Notes: generated by a model not told the origin, from the letters alone. Numbered from the stretch's first letter, positions 9,504 to 18,132 are shown. The stretch: 64,000 bases of DNA from an uncultured Chloroflexia bacterium (GCA_963788375.1 CAWBGT010000017.1:247452-311451); one strand, 5' to 3'. Translations and numbers: made by a program.

Positions 9504-10352
9504 GTGACCGAGACCATCGCACCCTCAGATCCGGCGACTCCCGACCTGGCGACCCTGCCGCTGCCGGCCCGCGAGAGCCACTCCTCGCTGGCAACCTACG
9601 CGGCCTGCCCTCGGCGGTATGCCTTCCACTATGTCGAGCACGTGCCGGTCGAGGTGCCGCACTGGTGGTTCACCTTCGGATCCGCCGTCCACCGCGCCTT
9701 CGAGGCGTTCGACCGCGCCCGGATCCGTGCCCGCCAGGAAGACCAGCTCGAACCCGGTCTCGACGTGCTCGACCAGGCCTTCGGAGAGGCCGTGGACGCT
9801 GCCGGCTGCGAGCCCGACGATGCCGCCCGCTACCGCGCCCGCAGCGAGCCCGTTCTCCGCGCCTACCTGGAGAAGGCCGCGGCATCGGACGCCGAGCCGG
9901 TTGGGGTCGAGCTCGGCTTTGGGATCGACATCCCCGTGGCCGATGGCGAGCAGGCCGTCCGTTTCGTGGGCTATATCGACCGTATCGACCGCCGGCCCGA
10001 CGGCGCCATCGAGGTGATCGACCACAAGACGGGGCGGGAGCGGTCCCAGGACGACGTGGACCGGGACCGCCAGCTCACCGCCTACGCCTTTGCCTGCGCC
10101 CGGGGCGGCCTGCGCGACCCGGCGAGCGGCGAGACGCTGCCGGCCCCCGCACGCCTGGGGCTCCACTTCGCGGAGACGGGCCGCATGGTCTGGACCACCC
10201 GGTCCGCCGACGAGCTCGATGCCTTCGGGGTCCGCCTGGCCACCGAGGTCGAGGCCATTCGCCGCCGCGAGTTCGATCCGAAGCCGGGCAACGCGTGCCG
10301 GTGGTGCGAGTACCGCGCGGTGTGCCCGGATAGCGCACCATGGGCGTCATGA
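9504..10352 (+). CDS. PD-(D/E)XK nuclease superfamily protein (RecB/Cas4-like, C-terminal Cys cluster)
   Basis: HSSLATYAACPRRYAFHYV; core GYIDRIDRRPDGAIEVIDHKTG (D...D/E-x-K); QLTAYAF; terminal CRWCEYRAVCP. GTG 9504 is the first plausible start and is preceded by GGAGGACGAGGA. Confidence 0.8.
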   Translation: MTETIAPSDPATPDLATLPLPARESHSSLATYAACPRRYAFHYVEHVPVEVPHWWFTFGSAVHRAFEAFDRARIRARQEDQLEPGLDVLDQAFGEAVDAAGCEPDDAARYRARSEPVLRAYLEKAAASDAEPVGVELGFGIDIPVADGEQAVRFVGYIDRIDRRPDGAIEVIDHKTGRERSQDDVDRDRQLTAYAFACARGGLRDPASGETLPAPARLGLHFAETGRMVWTTRSADELDAFGVRLATEVEAIRRREFDPKPGNACRWCEYRAVCPDSAPWAS

Positions 10353-11041
10353 CCAGAGGCTCGCGTCAGTCGAGGCACCGGCGCACCCTCCCACGCGTCC
10401 TCGTGCTGGCGCTGCTGCTCGCGGCGGTCGCCGCCGGCACCTTCCCGGCCGCCCAGGCTGCGGCATCAACGAGGGTCTCCGGCACCGCGCTCAACCTGCT
10501 GGGCCGGCTCGCGACCAGGTCGGAGCACGGCAAGGGCTACAGCCGCAGCAAGTTCCAGCTGTGGATCGACGCGGACGGCGATGGCTGCGACACCAGGGAC
10601 GAGGTCCTGATCGCGGAATTGAAGAAGCCCGTGCGGATCGGATCGGGCTGCCGAATCTACGGGGGCAGGTGGTACTCCGCGTACGACGGGAAGTGGACGA
10701 CCAACCCCTCAACCTTCGACATCGACCACGTGGTCGCGCTCAAGGAGGCGTGGGACTCGGGGGCCTGGAACTGGACCAAGGCGCGCCGCCGGGCCTACGC
10801 CAACGACCTCGGCAGCGGCCGATCCCTGCGTGCCGTGACCGCCAGCTCCAACCGTTCCAAGTCCGATCGCGATCCGGCCCAGTGGCTCCCACCCCGCTCC
10901 TCGTTCCGCTGCACCTACGCCACCCAGTGGGTCGCGACCAAGGTCCGCTGGCACCTGGCCGTCAACGCCGCGGAGCGCCGCGCACTGCGCAACGTCCTCG
11001 TCTCCTGTCCCGCGCGCAAGATCACGGTCTCGATCGTCTGA
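10349..11041 (+). CDS. Secreted HNH/DUF1524-type endonuclease
   Basis: Signal peptide RRTLPRVLVLALLLAAVAAGTFPAAQAAAS. Motifs CDTRDEVL, FDIDHVVALKEAWDSGA and SNRSKSDRDPAQWLP. ATG 10349 overlaps the upstream TGA (ATGA). The track start at 10340 is also possible. Confidence 0.85.
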   Translation: MTRGSRQSRHRRTLPRVLVLALLLAAVAAGTFPAAQAAASTRVSGTALNLLGRLATRSEHGKGYSRSKFQLWIDADGDGCDTRDEVLIAELKKPVRIGSGCRIYGGRWYSAYDGKWTTNPSTFDIDHVVALKEAWDSGAWNWTKARRRAYANDLGSGRSLRAVTASSNRSKSDRDPAQWLPPRSSFRCTYATQWVATKVRWHLAVNAAERRALRNVLVSCPARKITVSIV

Positions 11042-11095
11042 TCGCCTGACGCCCGTCGTGCTCGGAGCGGCTGAACCCGGCAGACCTGCCGCGCG

Positions 11096-12397
11096 TCAAC
11101 CCGCCCGCGAGGCGGCGTGCAGGATCATGGCACCGGACACGCCCTTGAGCTCGACCGGGCCGATCTCGCGGAAGACCACGCCGGCCCCATCGGAGGCATC
11201 CATCACCTGCTGGCTGACCAGCACCTCGCCGGGCCGGGCGTAATCGGCGATCCGTGAGGCGACGTTCACGGTCTGGCCGTAGTAGTCGCCCTCCTGGAAG
11301 ATCACCGGTCCGGAGTGCAGGCCCACGTGCGCCGGCGGCAGCCCGGCGTCGGCGACCCCCACCACCATCTCGAGGGCAGCCAGGACGGCGGGGCCGCAGC
11401 TCGGGAAGTAGAACATCACGCCGTCGCCCAGCCACTTGACCGGCCGGCCCCCGCGGGAAACCGACGTGCGCTCGACGAGGCGGGCCAGCCTCGTCGCGAG
11501 GTCGGCCGCCGCCGCGTCGCCGTGCTCCTGGGTGAGCCGCGTGTAGCCGGTGATGTCCAGGAAGCACATCGCCGGGTGGTGCTCCGGCCGGTGGTGCAGC
11601 CCGGCCTTGGCCAGCAGCGTCTCGGCCGCTTCGGTGATGTTCGCCATCCAGGCATTCGCGGACTGGGCGCGGTACATCGCGACCAGGGCCTGTTCGTCCA
11701 GCGCCGACGTTGCCGCTGATGCCGCGCTCGAGGCCGCGCCGATCTCCCGCGCGGTGTGGCCCGCCGCGAGCAGAGGCTCCTGGATCTCCGAGCGCCACGT
11801 GTCGCCCTCGGCCTCGGCGATGCGCCGCATGCTGTCGCCGATCACGCGCAGATTGCGTTCGGCCATGATCGGACGGTACCCATGCTCCAGCTGGAACTGG
11901 AGCAGCCGCACGACCACCAGCTCGTCCTCCCGCACGTGGTCATTCGGCGCCGGCGCAGCCGAACCCGTGGCCTCGCGGATCGCAGTCAAAAGGTGCAGCG
12001 GGGCGCCCGTCCGTTCGCTCACGTCCTCGAAGGTCTCGTCCGTGTACGAGGAGAAGAGGCTGTAGGCGGGGTCGTCGACAAAGTCGAGGGTGAACGCACC
12101 GCTCCGCAGCGCCTCCGCCTGGAGATCCAGCGGGATCCCGGCAGCCGTCAACCGGTGGACGATCCCCACCCGCCGGATGTCGCCCTCGGAGAACCGGCCA
12201 TCAGCGTCCGGCGATACCGCGCCCAACTCGACGAGCCGGTCAAGCTCATCCACGCTGGCACCGGCCCGCCTGGCCGCCTCGGACCTCTCGTACCGTCCCA
12301 CGCGCCGTACTGTAACGGCCGAGTGCCGCGCGGTGGAAGCGCCCCGGGCGATGTGCTCGTCATGACCGCCCTCAGCGAACGATCGAGAGCCGTCCAC
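11096..12397 (-). CDS. Class III adenylate/guanylate cyclase with an N-terminal MerR-like HTH region
   Basis: Catalytic domain motifs CFLDITGYTRLT, KWLGDGVMFYF and GLHSGPVIFQEGDYYGQTVNVASR. N-terminus YERSEAARRAGASVDELDRLVELG is HTH-like. The exact start is uncertain. Confidence 0.9.
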   Translation of the reverse strand: MDGSRSFAEGGHDEHIARGASTARHSAVTVRRVGRYERSEAARRAGASVDELDRLVELGAVSPDADGRFSEGDIRRVGIVHRLTAAGIPLDLQAEALRSGAFTLDFVDDPAYSLFSSYTDETFEDVSERTGAPLHLLTAIREATGSAAPAPNDHVREDELVVVRLLQFQLEHGYRPIMAERNLRVIGDSMRRIAEAEGDTWRSEIQEPLLAAGHTAREIGAASSAASAATSALDEQALVAMYRAQSANAWMANITEAAETLLAKAGLHHRPEHHPAMCFLDITGYTRLTQEHGDAAAADLATRLARLVERTSVSRGGRPVKWLGDGVMFYFPSCGPAVLAALEMVVGVADAGLPPAHVGLHSGPVIFQEGDYYGQTVNVASRIADYARPGEVLVSQQVMDASDGAGVVFREIGPVELKGVSGAMILHAASRAG

Positions 12398-12574
12398 CGG
12401 ACAGCGGTCGAAGGATCTCGAGCCGGCTCAGCCCCGGGGCGGTTGGCGCACTCCGCCTTGCCAGCTCGCTTCGGGGCTACCCGAGCGCCGGCGCTTCCGT
12501 TACCCTGCCCACGCGATGGAATTGTGATCGCCCCCTGATCGCGCCCGATCGCAACCGCCGCGGGAGCGGAGACG

Positions 12575-13423
12575 ATGGACCGCTACGTCCGAGCCATCCT
12601 CTGGGTCGTCGTCGTGATCCAGGCCCTGCTGGCCATCGCGTTCGCCGTTCAGGTCCAGCCCGCTCTTGACCTGTGGCCGTTCCCGGGCCGGACGCCGCTG
12701 ACCAACATCTTCATCGGCTCGATCTTCGCGGCCGCCGCCGCATCCACCGCCTGGTGCCTGGCCATTGGATCGGCGCGAGCGGTCGCCGGGATCGCACTCG
12801 ACTACGTCACGATCTTCGTGCCGTTCGCGGTCTTCTCGTTTGCCCAGGTCGCGGGCGGAGACGCCGGGTCGAGCGCGCACGTCGCCGCCTTCGGCTTCGT
12901 CTCGGCGATTGGAGTTGTCGTTGGCCTGTGGCTCCTCCGCTGGGCCCTTGCTCATCAATGGCAGGATCCGCGCCCCACGCCCCGCCTCGTGCGAGCCTCG
13001 TTCGTCGTATTCATCGTCGCCCTGATCATCGTCTCGGCGCTGCTCGTCGCGCGGGTGCCCGACGTCCTGCCGTGGGCGATCACGCCGGAGCTGTCCACGC
13101 TGATCGGCTTCATGTTCCTCGGTGCGGCCGCCTACTTCGCGTATGGAGTCGTCGATCCGCGCTGGGAGAACGCGGGTGGGCAGCTGGCCGGGTTCCTTGC
13201 GTACGACATCGTGCTGATCGTGCCCTTTGTCGTCCGGCTGCCGACCATCGACCAGCACCTCCTGCCGAATCTCGTGGTCTACACGGGCGTCGTGGTGTAC
13301 AGCGGCGTGCTGGCGGCCTGGTACCTCGGATTCGACCCCAGCACGCGCGGTCGGTCTGTCCGCGATGGCCGTCCGGGCGAGGCGCTCGATCCCGACGCCA
13401 CGTCCGCGCCGGCCGGCGATTGA
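12575..13423 (+). CDS. Hypothetical integral membrane protein (about 8 TM)
   Basis: 282-aa ORF made of hydrophobic segments (ILWVVVVIQALLAIAFAV, FVVFIVALIIVSALLVA and others). No recognised family. Confidence 0.75.
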   Translation: MDRYVRAILWVVVVIQALLAIAFAVQVQPALDLWPFPGRTPLTNIFIGSIFAAAAASTAWCLAIGSARAVAGIALDYVTIFVPFAVFSFAQVAGGDAGSSAHVAAFGFVSAIGVVVGLWLLRWALAHQWQDPRPTPRLVRASFVVFIVALIIVSALLVARVPDVLPWAITPELSTLIGFMFLGAAAYFAYGVVDPRWENAGGQLAGFLAYDIVLIVPFVVRLPTIDQHLLPNLVVYTGVVVYSGVLAAWYLGFDPSTRGRSVRDGRPGEALDPDATSAPAGD

Positions 13424-14820
13424 GCGCCGCGAGCGCCCAGCGCGGCGAGCGTCGCGCGGTTGTCATCGGGGCGAGCATCGGTGGGCTCCTGGCAGCGCGT
13501 GTCCTGAGCGACGTGCTGGACGAGGTCGTCCTCGTCGAGCGCGACGAGCTTCCGGACGGACCCGTCCCGCGGTCCGGCGTGCCGCAGGCCGTTCATGCCC
13601 ACGTCCTGCTGCGTCGCGGCTATCTCGAACTGCTGCGGCTGTACCCGGGCATCGACGGGCGACTTGCCGCTGGCGGCGTCCACGTGATCGACCTGACCCG
13701 CGATGCGGTCTACATCACGCCCGGCGGCGAGGCGCCGCGCTTCGCGTCGCGCCTGCGCACTCGCGCGGCATCGCGTGACCTGTTCGAAGCCGTGCTTCGC
13801 ACCAGCACGCTCGGCCGCCCAAACATCCGGCTGCTCGCGGGCCACGAGGCGGTGGGCCTCGTCGGCAGCGCGTCGGAGATCCGCGGAGTCCGGATTGCGC
13901 GCCGGGTTGCCGGGAGCGCCCCAGCGATCCATGAGGGCGGCGACGAGGAGATCCTCTCGTGTCTGGTCGTCGACGCCTCGGGCCGCGGTTCGCACGCGCC
14001 GGCCTGGCTGCGACAGGTAGGCGGACCGGTGATCGACGAGTCGGTCATCGATGCCTCGCTGCGCTACGCGACCCGGATCTACCGCGTTCCGCCCGGTCCC
14101 CGTGACTGGAAGGTGCTGCTGGTCCGCGACCGTCCCCCATCGGGCACCCGCGGCGGCGTCGTGCTGCCGCTGGAGGGCGATCGATGGGTCGTCACCCTGG
14201 GCGGTGCCGGTGCGGATCATCCGCCGACCGACGACGCCGGATTCCTGGACTTCGCCCGCACCCTGATCTCGCAGCGGCTGTTCGAGGCGATCGCCGACGC
14301 CGAGCCGCTGACGCCGGTTCGGGGCTGGGCGCGGACCGCCAACCGCTGGCGCCACGTCGAGCGCGTGGAACGATGGCCGGACGGCTTCGCCATGGTTGCC
14401 GACGCGCTGTGCGCGCTCAACCCGGTCTACGGGCAGGGGATGAGCGTCGCGATGATCGAGGCGCGGTTCCTCGAAGCGTGGCTGGGATCGCGTGAGGTGG
14501 TCGCGTCGCTGCGATCCGGCCGTGTGCTGGCGACCCGCAGCCTGGTCCGGCCGATAGCCCGAGCGGCGCGTCTGCCGTGGTTCATGGCGACCGCGGAGGA
14601 CGCGCTCATCGACGGCGTGCAGGGAGCGCCTGCGCCCGGACCGTTCAGCAGGGTCGCGCGCCGCTACCTCGACAGGATCCACACCAACGCAGCGCGGGAC
14701 GCGCACACCCTGCGCCGGTTCACGGAGGTCAGCCAGCTGGTGCGCCCTCCGGTCGCCCTGCTCGATCCCGTGGTCGCCTGGCGGGTCGTGCGGGGCGTCC
14801 GTCGCCGGGCGGTCCCCTAG
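13420..14820 (+). CDS. FAD-dependent oxidoreductase/monooxygenase-like protein
   Basis: Dinucleotide-binding motif RAVVIGASIGGLLAARVLSDVLDEVVLVERD. Only the C-terminal ~466 codons of the 715-aa track ORF look protein-like. The proposed TTG 13420 overlaps the upstream stop. Confidence 0.8.
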   Translation: MSAASAQRGERRAVVIGASIGGLLAARVLSDVLDEVVLVERDELPDGPVPRSGVPQAVHAHVLLRRGYLELLRLYPGIDGRLAAGGVHVIDLTRDAVYITPGGEAPRFASRLRTRAASRDLFEAVLRTSTLGRPNIRLLAGHEAVGLVGSASEIRGVRIARRVAGSAPAIHEGGDEEILSCLVVDASGRGSHAPAWLRQVGGPVIDESVIDASLRYATRIYRVPPGPRDWKVLLVRDRPPSGTRGGVVLPLEGDRWVVTLGGAGADHPPTDDAGFLDFARTLISQRLFEAIADAEPLTPVRGWARTANRWRHVERVERWPDGFAMVADALCALNPVYGQGMSVAMIEARFLEAWLGSREVVASLRSGRVLATRSLVRPIARAARLPWFMATAEDALIDGVQGAPAPGPFSRVARRYLDRIHTNAARDAHTLRRFTEVSQLVRPPVALLDPVVAWRVVRGVRRRAVP

Positions 14821-15059
14821 GCGCGGGGCTCGGTCGTCTCCCCGGCCCCGCGCTCGGCATCGAGTGCCGCCTGGCGCAGCCCGTCCTCCAGCGCCGCGAT
14901 CGGCTCCACCAGCGCGGCAATCGCCGCGCGCTCCAGCGGCAGCGACGCCAGCCAGGCCCGGACCCGCGCGGCTTCGGCAGCCTGGTCGGGCGCGTCGGTG
15001 CGACCGCCGAATGCGTCGAGGACCACCGTCGTGAGCCACTGCTGGGCCATGTACGCCAT
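14817..15059 (-). CDS. Small hypothetical protein (80 aa)
   Basis: MAYMAQQWLTTVVLDAFGGRTDAPDQAAEAARVRAWLASL. The start lies 3 nt downstream of the stop of the preceding same-strand gene. No domain recognised. Confidence 0.4.
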   Translation of the reverse strand: MAYMAQQWLTTVVLDAFGGRTDAPDQAAEAARVRAWLASLPLERAAIAALVEPIAALEDGLRQAALDAERGAGETTEPRA

Positions 15060-15061
15060 CG

Positions 15062-15880
15062 TCAGCCCTCGCGCAGCGGCGATCCTGCGGCGGCCGCCAG
15101 GCGGTCGAGGGTCCGCCGCTCGAACATCGCCGCATCCGGGTAGCACCAGATCCACCCCTCGCGCAGCCGCACGGAGCGCATGATCGGGTGGCCGGTGGCC
15201 TCGGCATGGGCTCGCGCATGCTTGTTGAGCGACGTGTCGCAGCAGCCGACGTTGCCGCACACCAGGCACATCCGGAGGGCCGGCCAGTTGCCGTCAATTG
15301 CCACGCACTCCGCGCACACGCTGGTCGCCGGCTCGAACACCCTCGCCTCGTCCAGGTGGGCGCACGGCTTGTCCGCGGCGAGACCGGTGAAGCCGAGCTT
15401 GAGCAGGAAGTCCGGCGGCGCGATCGGGTCCTTGGGCTCCAGGTGCATCGCGTCGGCCGGGGGGATGACCCCGACCGCACGGAGGGCTGCGATCACCGTC
15501 GGCGGCGGGTCGTCGCCCTGGACCAGCCAGCCGCGGCCTGTCGGCCGGAACCGGAGAAGGAGCTCGATCCGCACTGGCCGGCCCGTGGCACGGGAGCCCC
15601 ACAGCTCGCCGGTGTGCGTGCCGGTGACCACCGCGCGGGTGCCGATGTCACCGGGCTCTGCATCATCCAGGAGTACCGGCTCAAGCTCGATGCGGAGGTC
15701 GGGCATGGCAGCTCGCACGTCGGGCAGCAGCCCGATCCAGCGATCGGCCTGCGACGGCTCGCCCGGCTCGCGCCGGTGTCCGTAGTAGTCGTCCGCGAGG
15801 AACGACCGGATCCCTGCCTGGTCGCCGGCGACCAGGGCGTCCGCGAAGCCCTGGACCCCGGATCCGTGCTGGCCAGTCAT
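15062..15880 (-). CDS. SnoaL/ester-cyclase-like (NTF2 fold) domain fused to a UBP-type zinc finger
   Basis: N-terminal half: FLADDYYGHR, AMPDLRIELEPV, VVTGTHTGELWGSRATGRPV. C-terminal half: CAECVAIDGNWPALRMCLVCGNVGCCDTSLNKHARAHAEATGHPI, the ZnF-UBP pattern. Confidence 0.85.
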   Translation of the reverse strand: MTGQHGSGVQGFADALVAGDQAGIRSFLADDYYGHRREPGEPSQADRWIGLLPDVRAAMPDLRIELEPVLLDDAEPGDIGTRAVVTGTHTGELWGSRATGRPVRIELLLRFRPTGRGWLVQGDDPPPTVIAALRAVGVIPPADAMHLEPKDPIAPPDFLLKLGFTGLAADKPCAHLDEARVFEPATSVCAECVAIDGNWPALRMCLVCGNVGCCDTSLNKHARAHAEATGHPIMRSVRLREGWIWCYPDAAMFERRTLDRLAAAAGSPLREG

Positions 15881-16020
15881 GGCACTTCTCCCTCGTGTCC
15901 GGTCGCCGAGGGTCGAGACGCGGGCCCTGGATCACGCGGCCGGCAACCGGCCGATCATACGCACCCGAGTCCATGACCGGCACCGGTTGCATTCGCGCGG
16001 CCGTGAGCCCTCCGGACTTG

Positions 16021-16440
16021 ATGAACCGCGAGACTCAACTTGATGGCCTCGTGCTGGACGTCTTGACCGCCGATCCGGCATTCGGTGCCCGGTCACTGGC
16101 CGCCACGCGAGCGCGCCTCGGTGACGGCCCGCTGATCGCGTGTGATGTCGTGTGGGCGGAGCTCGTCGCCGCGCTCGAGACACCGGAGGCCGTGGACCGG
16201 GCGCTCGATGCCATCCCGGTGTCGTGCGAGCCGCTCGGACGGGCCGCGGTAACCCCGGCGGGAATGGCGTGGCGCGAGTACCGCCGCGCTGGTGGACCGA
16301 GGGAGCGGGTGGTCGCTGATCTCCTGGTCGGGGCGCACGCGGTCGAGCACGCCGGCAGACTCCTCACGCGTGATCGCGGATTCCACCGTCTCGCATTCGC
16401 AGGGCTGCCGATCGTCGACCCGTCCGCGCTCGGGGCATGA
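16021..16440 (+). CDS. PIN-domain (VapC-like) protein with no adjacent antitoxin
   Basis: LVLDVLTAD ... CDVVWAELV ... VVADLLVGAHAVEHAGRLLTRDRGFHRL carries the spaced acidic PIN residues. ATG 16021 was chosen. Only 140 bp separate it from the upstream gene, and no antitoxin ORF fits there. Confidence 0.65.
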   Translation: MNRETQLDGLVLDVLTADPAFGARSLAATRARLGDGPLIACDVVWAELVAALETPEAVDRALDAIPVSCEPLGRAAVTPAGMAWREYRRAGGPRERVVADLLVGAHAVEHAGRLLTRDRGFHRLAFAGLPIVDPSALGA

Positions 16441-16534
16441 CCGGGCTGGGGGCGTGAAGTTCGGGTTGAGCGTGGTTCGCTACCGTCGATGCGGTGCGGC
16501 GGTCGATGCTGTCGACCGCCAAAGCCACGGCGAG

Positions 16535-16564
16535 ATGACATCAGATGCGATATGAACGTAGCAT
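16535..16564 (+). promoter_or_regulatory. Putative promoter/operator of vapB-1 (-35 ATGACA, 18-nt spacer, -10 TAGCAT), leaderless geometry
   Basis: The -10 ends 8 nt before ATG 16573. The inverted repeat GATGCG...CGCATC (16544-16572) overlaps it. The TGACAYC..GATGC motif is shared with the other two vapB upstream regions. Confidence 0.35.
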
Positions 16565-16572
16565 CACGCATC

Positions 16573-16800
16573 ATGCGAACCACCATCGACCTCGACCCCG
16601 GCGTCCTGCGGGACCTCAAGACGCGTGCCCGGCACGAGGGAAAGAGCCTCGGTCGCGTCGCGTCCGAGCTGCTGGCCGCAGGACTGGCCACGGAGTTGCC
16701 CGCCATGCTTGCACCGTTCACGTGGATTACCCGGCCCATGGGCGCACGGGTCGACCTCGAGGACAAGGAAGCGCTCCGCCGGCTGCTGGACGAGACATGA
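16573..16800 (+). CDS. vapB: Type II antitoxin, VapB family
   Basis: MRTTIDLDPGVLRDLKTRARHEGKSLGRVASELLAAGL. Its stop overlaps the ATG of the downstream PIN gene (ATGA at 16797-16800). Confidence 0.85.
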   Translation: MRTTIDLDPGVLRDLKTRARHEGKSLGRVASELLAAGLATELPAMLAPFTWITRPMGARVDLEDKEALRRLLDET

Positions 16801-17231
16801 GCCGCACGCTCGACGCCAACGTGCTGCTGTACGCCTCGGACGTCGCGAGTCCGCACCACGCGTCGGCTCGCGCCATCCTCGCGGACGTTGCCGCCGGCCC
16901 GGAGCTCGTCTACCTGTTCTGGCCGACCGTGATGGCCTACCTGCGCCTGGCCACGCACCCGGCGGTGTTCACGAGCCCGCTGTCGATGGCCGAGGCGATC
17001 GCCAACATCGACCAGCTGCTCGCCCGCCCGACCATCCGCACGGCAGGGGAGGGCGCGACGTTCTGGAAGCGGTTCCGCGAGATCGCAGACGACGCCCGGC
17101 CGGCCGGCAACCTGGTCCCGGACGCGCACGTGGCCGCCCTGATGCTCGAGCACGGGGTCGACACGATCGTCACCAACGACCGTGACTACCGCCGCTTCCG
17201 CCACGTGCGGATCCAGGGCCTGGACGGGTGA
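16797..17231 (+). CDS. vapC: Type II toxin, VapC family (PIN domain)
   Basis: MSRTLDANVLLYASD ... LVPDAHVAALMLEHGVDTIVTNDRDYRRF. Translationally coupled to vapB. Confidence 0.88.
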   Translation: MSRTLDANVLLYASDVASPHHASARAILADVAAGPELVYLFWPTVMAYLRLATHPAVFTSPLSMAEAIANIDQLLARPTIRTAGEGATFWKRFREIADDARPAGNLVPDAHVAALMLEHGVDTIVTNDRDYRRFRHVRIQGLDG

Positions 17232-17259
17232 GCATCACACCGGCAGGCCCTGCGCCGCA

Positions 17260-17303
17260 GGCTCGACCCGTCGTCGGCCGTCCTACCGGGTGACCGCGAA
17301 CGG
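17260..17303. repeat. 44-bp repeat, copy 1, just downstream of vapC-1
   Basis: ggctcgacccgtcgtcggccgtcctaccgggtgaccgcgaacgg matches 18089-18132 with 3 mismatches. Confidence 0.9.
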
Positions 17304-17329
17304 AACGAGCGCAGAACGGGCCCAGAGCA

Positions 17330-17359
17330 TTGACATCTTGATGTTGTGACGTGATGCTT
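17330..17359 (+). promoter_or_regulatory. Putative promoter of vapB-2 (-35 TTGACA, -10 GATGCT/ATGCTT), leaderless geometry
   Basis: TTGACA at 17330-17335. An AT-richer stretch follows. The -10 ends about 7 nt before ATG 17366. Confidence 0.35.
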
Positions 17360-17365
17360 TGATGC

Positions 17366-17608
17366 ATGCGCACCACCATCAAGCTCGATGACGTCCTGCT
17401 CGTGGAAGCCAAGACCCGTGCCGCGATGTCTGGTCTGACCCTCAGCCAGGTCGTCGAGGACGCCCTGCGGCAGGCATTCGCGCGACGCGGCGCTGCAGAC
17501 CACGGACGCCCGGCGCTGCCGGTCTTCCGCGGCGGCCGGCTGATGCCCGGCGTCGATCTCGACGACAGCGCCTCGCTGCGGGACCTGATGGACGGCTCGA
17601 GCGGATGA
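17366..17608 (+). CDS. vapB: Type II antitoxin, VapB family
   Basis: MRTTIKLDDVLLVEAKTRAAMSGLTLSQVVEDALRQAF. 4-bp overlap with the downstream PIN gene. Confidence 0.85.
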   Translation: MRTTIKLDDVLLVEAKTRAAMSGLTLSQVVEDALRQAFARRGAADHGRPALPVFRGGRLMPGVDLDDSASLRDLMDGSSG

Positions 17609-18036
17609 TCCTGGTCGACGTCAACGTGCTCGTCCACGCGTTCCACGAGGCGTCGCCCGAGCACGCGGCGTATCGGGCATGGCTCACGGCGATCGTCGAA
17701 CGCGATGAGCCGTTTGGCGTCTCCGAGCTCGTGCTGAGCGGCTTCGTCAGGGTCGTGACACACCATCGCGTGTTCGACCCGCCGGTACCGCTGGAGGATG
17801 CGCTTGGCTTCGCGAACGCCCTCCGGAACCAGCCGAACGCGGTGGTCGTGTCCCCGGGTGCCCGGCACTGGGCGACCTTCGAGCGACTGTGCGTGCAGGC
17901 GGGCGCGAGGGGCAACCTCGTGGCCGATGCATACCTGGCGGCCCTGGCGGTCGAGTCCGGCTCGGAATGGAACACCGCCGACCGCGACTTCAGCCGGTTC
18001 CCGGGTCTGCGCTGGCGGCACCCGCTGGCCGACTGA
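17605..18036 (+). CDS. vapC: Type II toxin, VapC family (PIN domain)
   Basis: MILVDVNVLVHAF ... LVADAYLAALAVESGSEWNTADRDFSRFPGLRW. Confidence 0.88.
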   Translation: MILVDVNVLVHAFHEASPEHAAYRAWLTAIVERDEPFGVSELVLSGFVRVVTHHRVFDPPVPLEDALGFANALRNQPNAVVVSPGARHWATFERLCVQAGARGNLVADAYLAALAVESGSEWNTADRDFSRFPGLRWRHPLAD

Positions 18037-18088
18037 CCGGCGGCGCGGCCCGACGGCTGAGCAGCACACGGGGGATCTCTGCGTCGCC

Positions 18089-18132
18089 GGCTCGACCCGT
18101 CGTCGGCCGGCCTACCGGTTGATCGCGAACGG
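18089..18132. repeat. 44-bp repeat, copy 2, just downstream of vapC-2
   Basis: ggctcgacccgtcgtcggccggcctaccggttgatcgcgaacgg. See 17260-17303. Confidence 0.9.
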
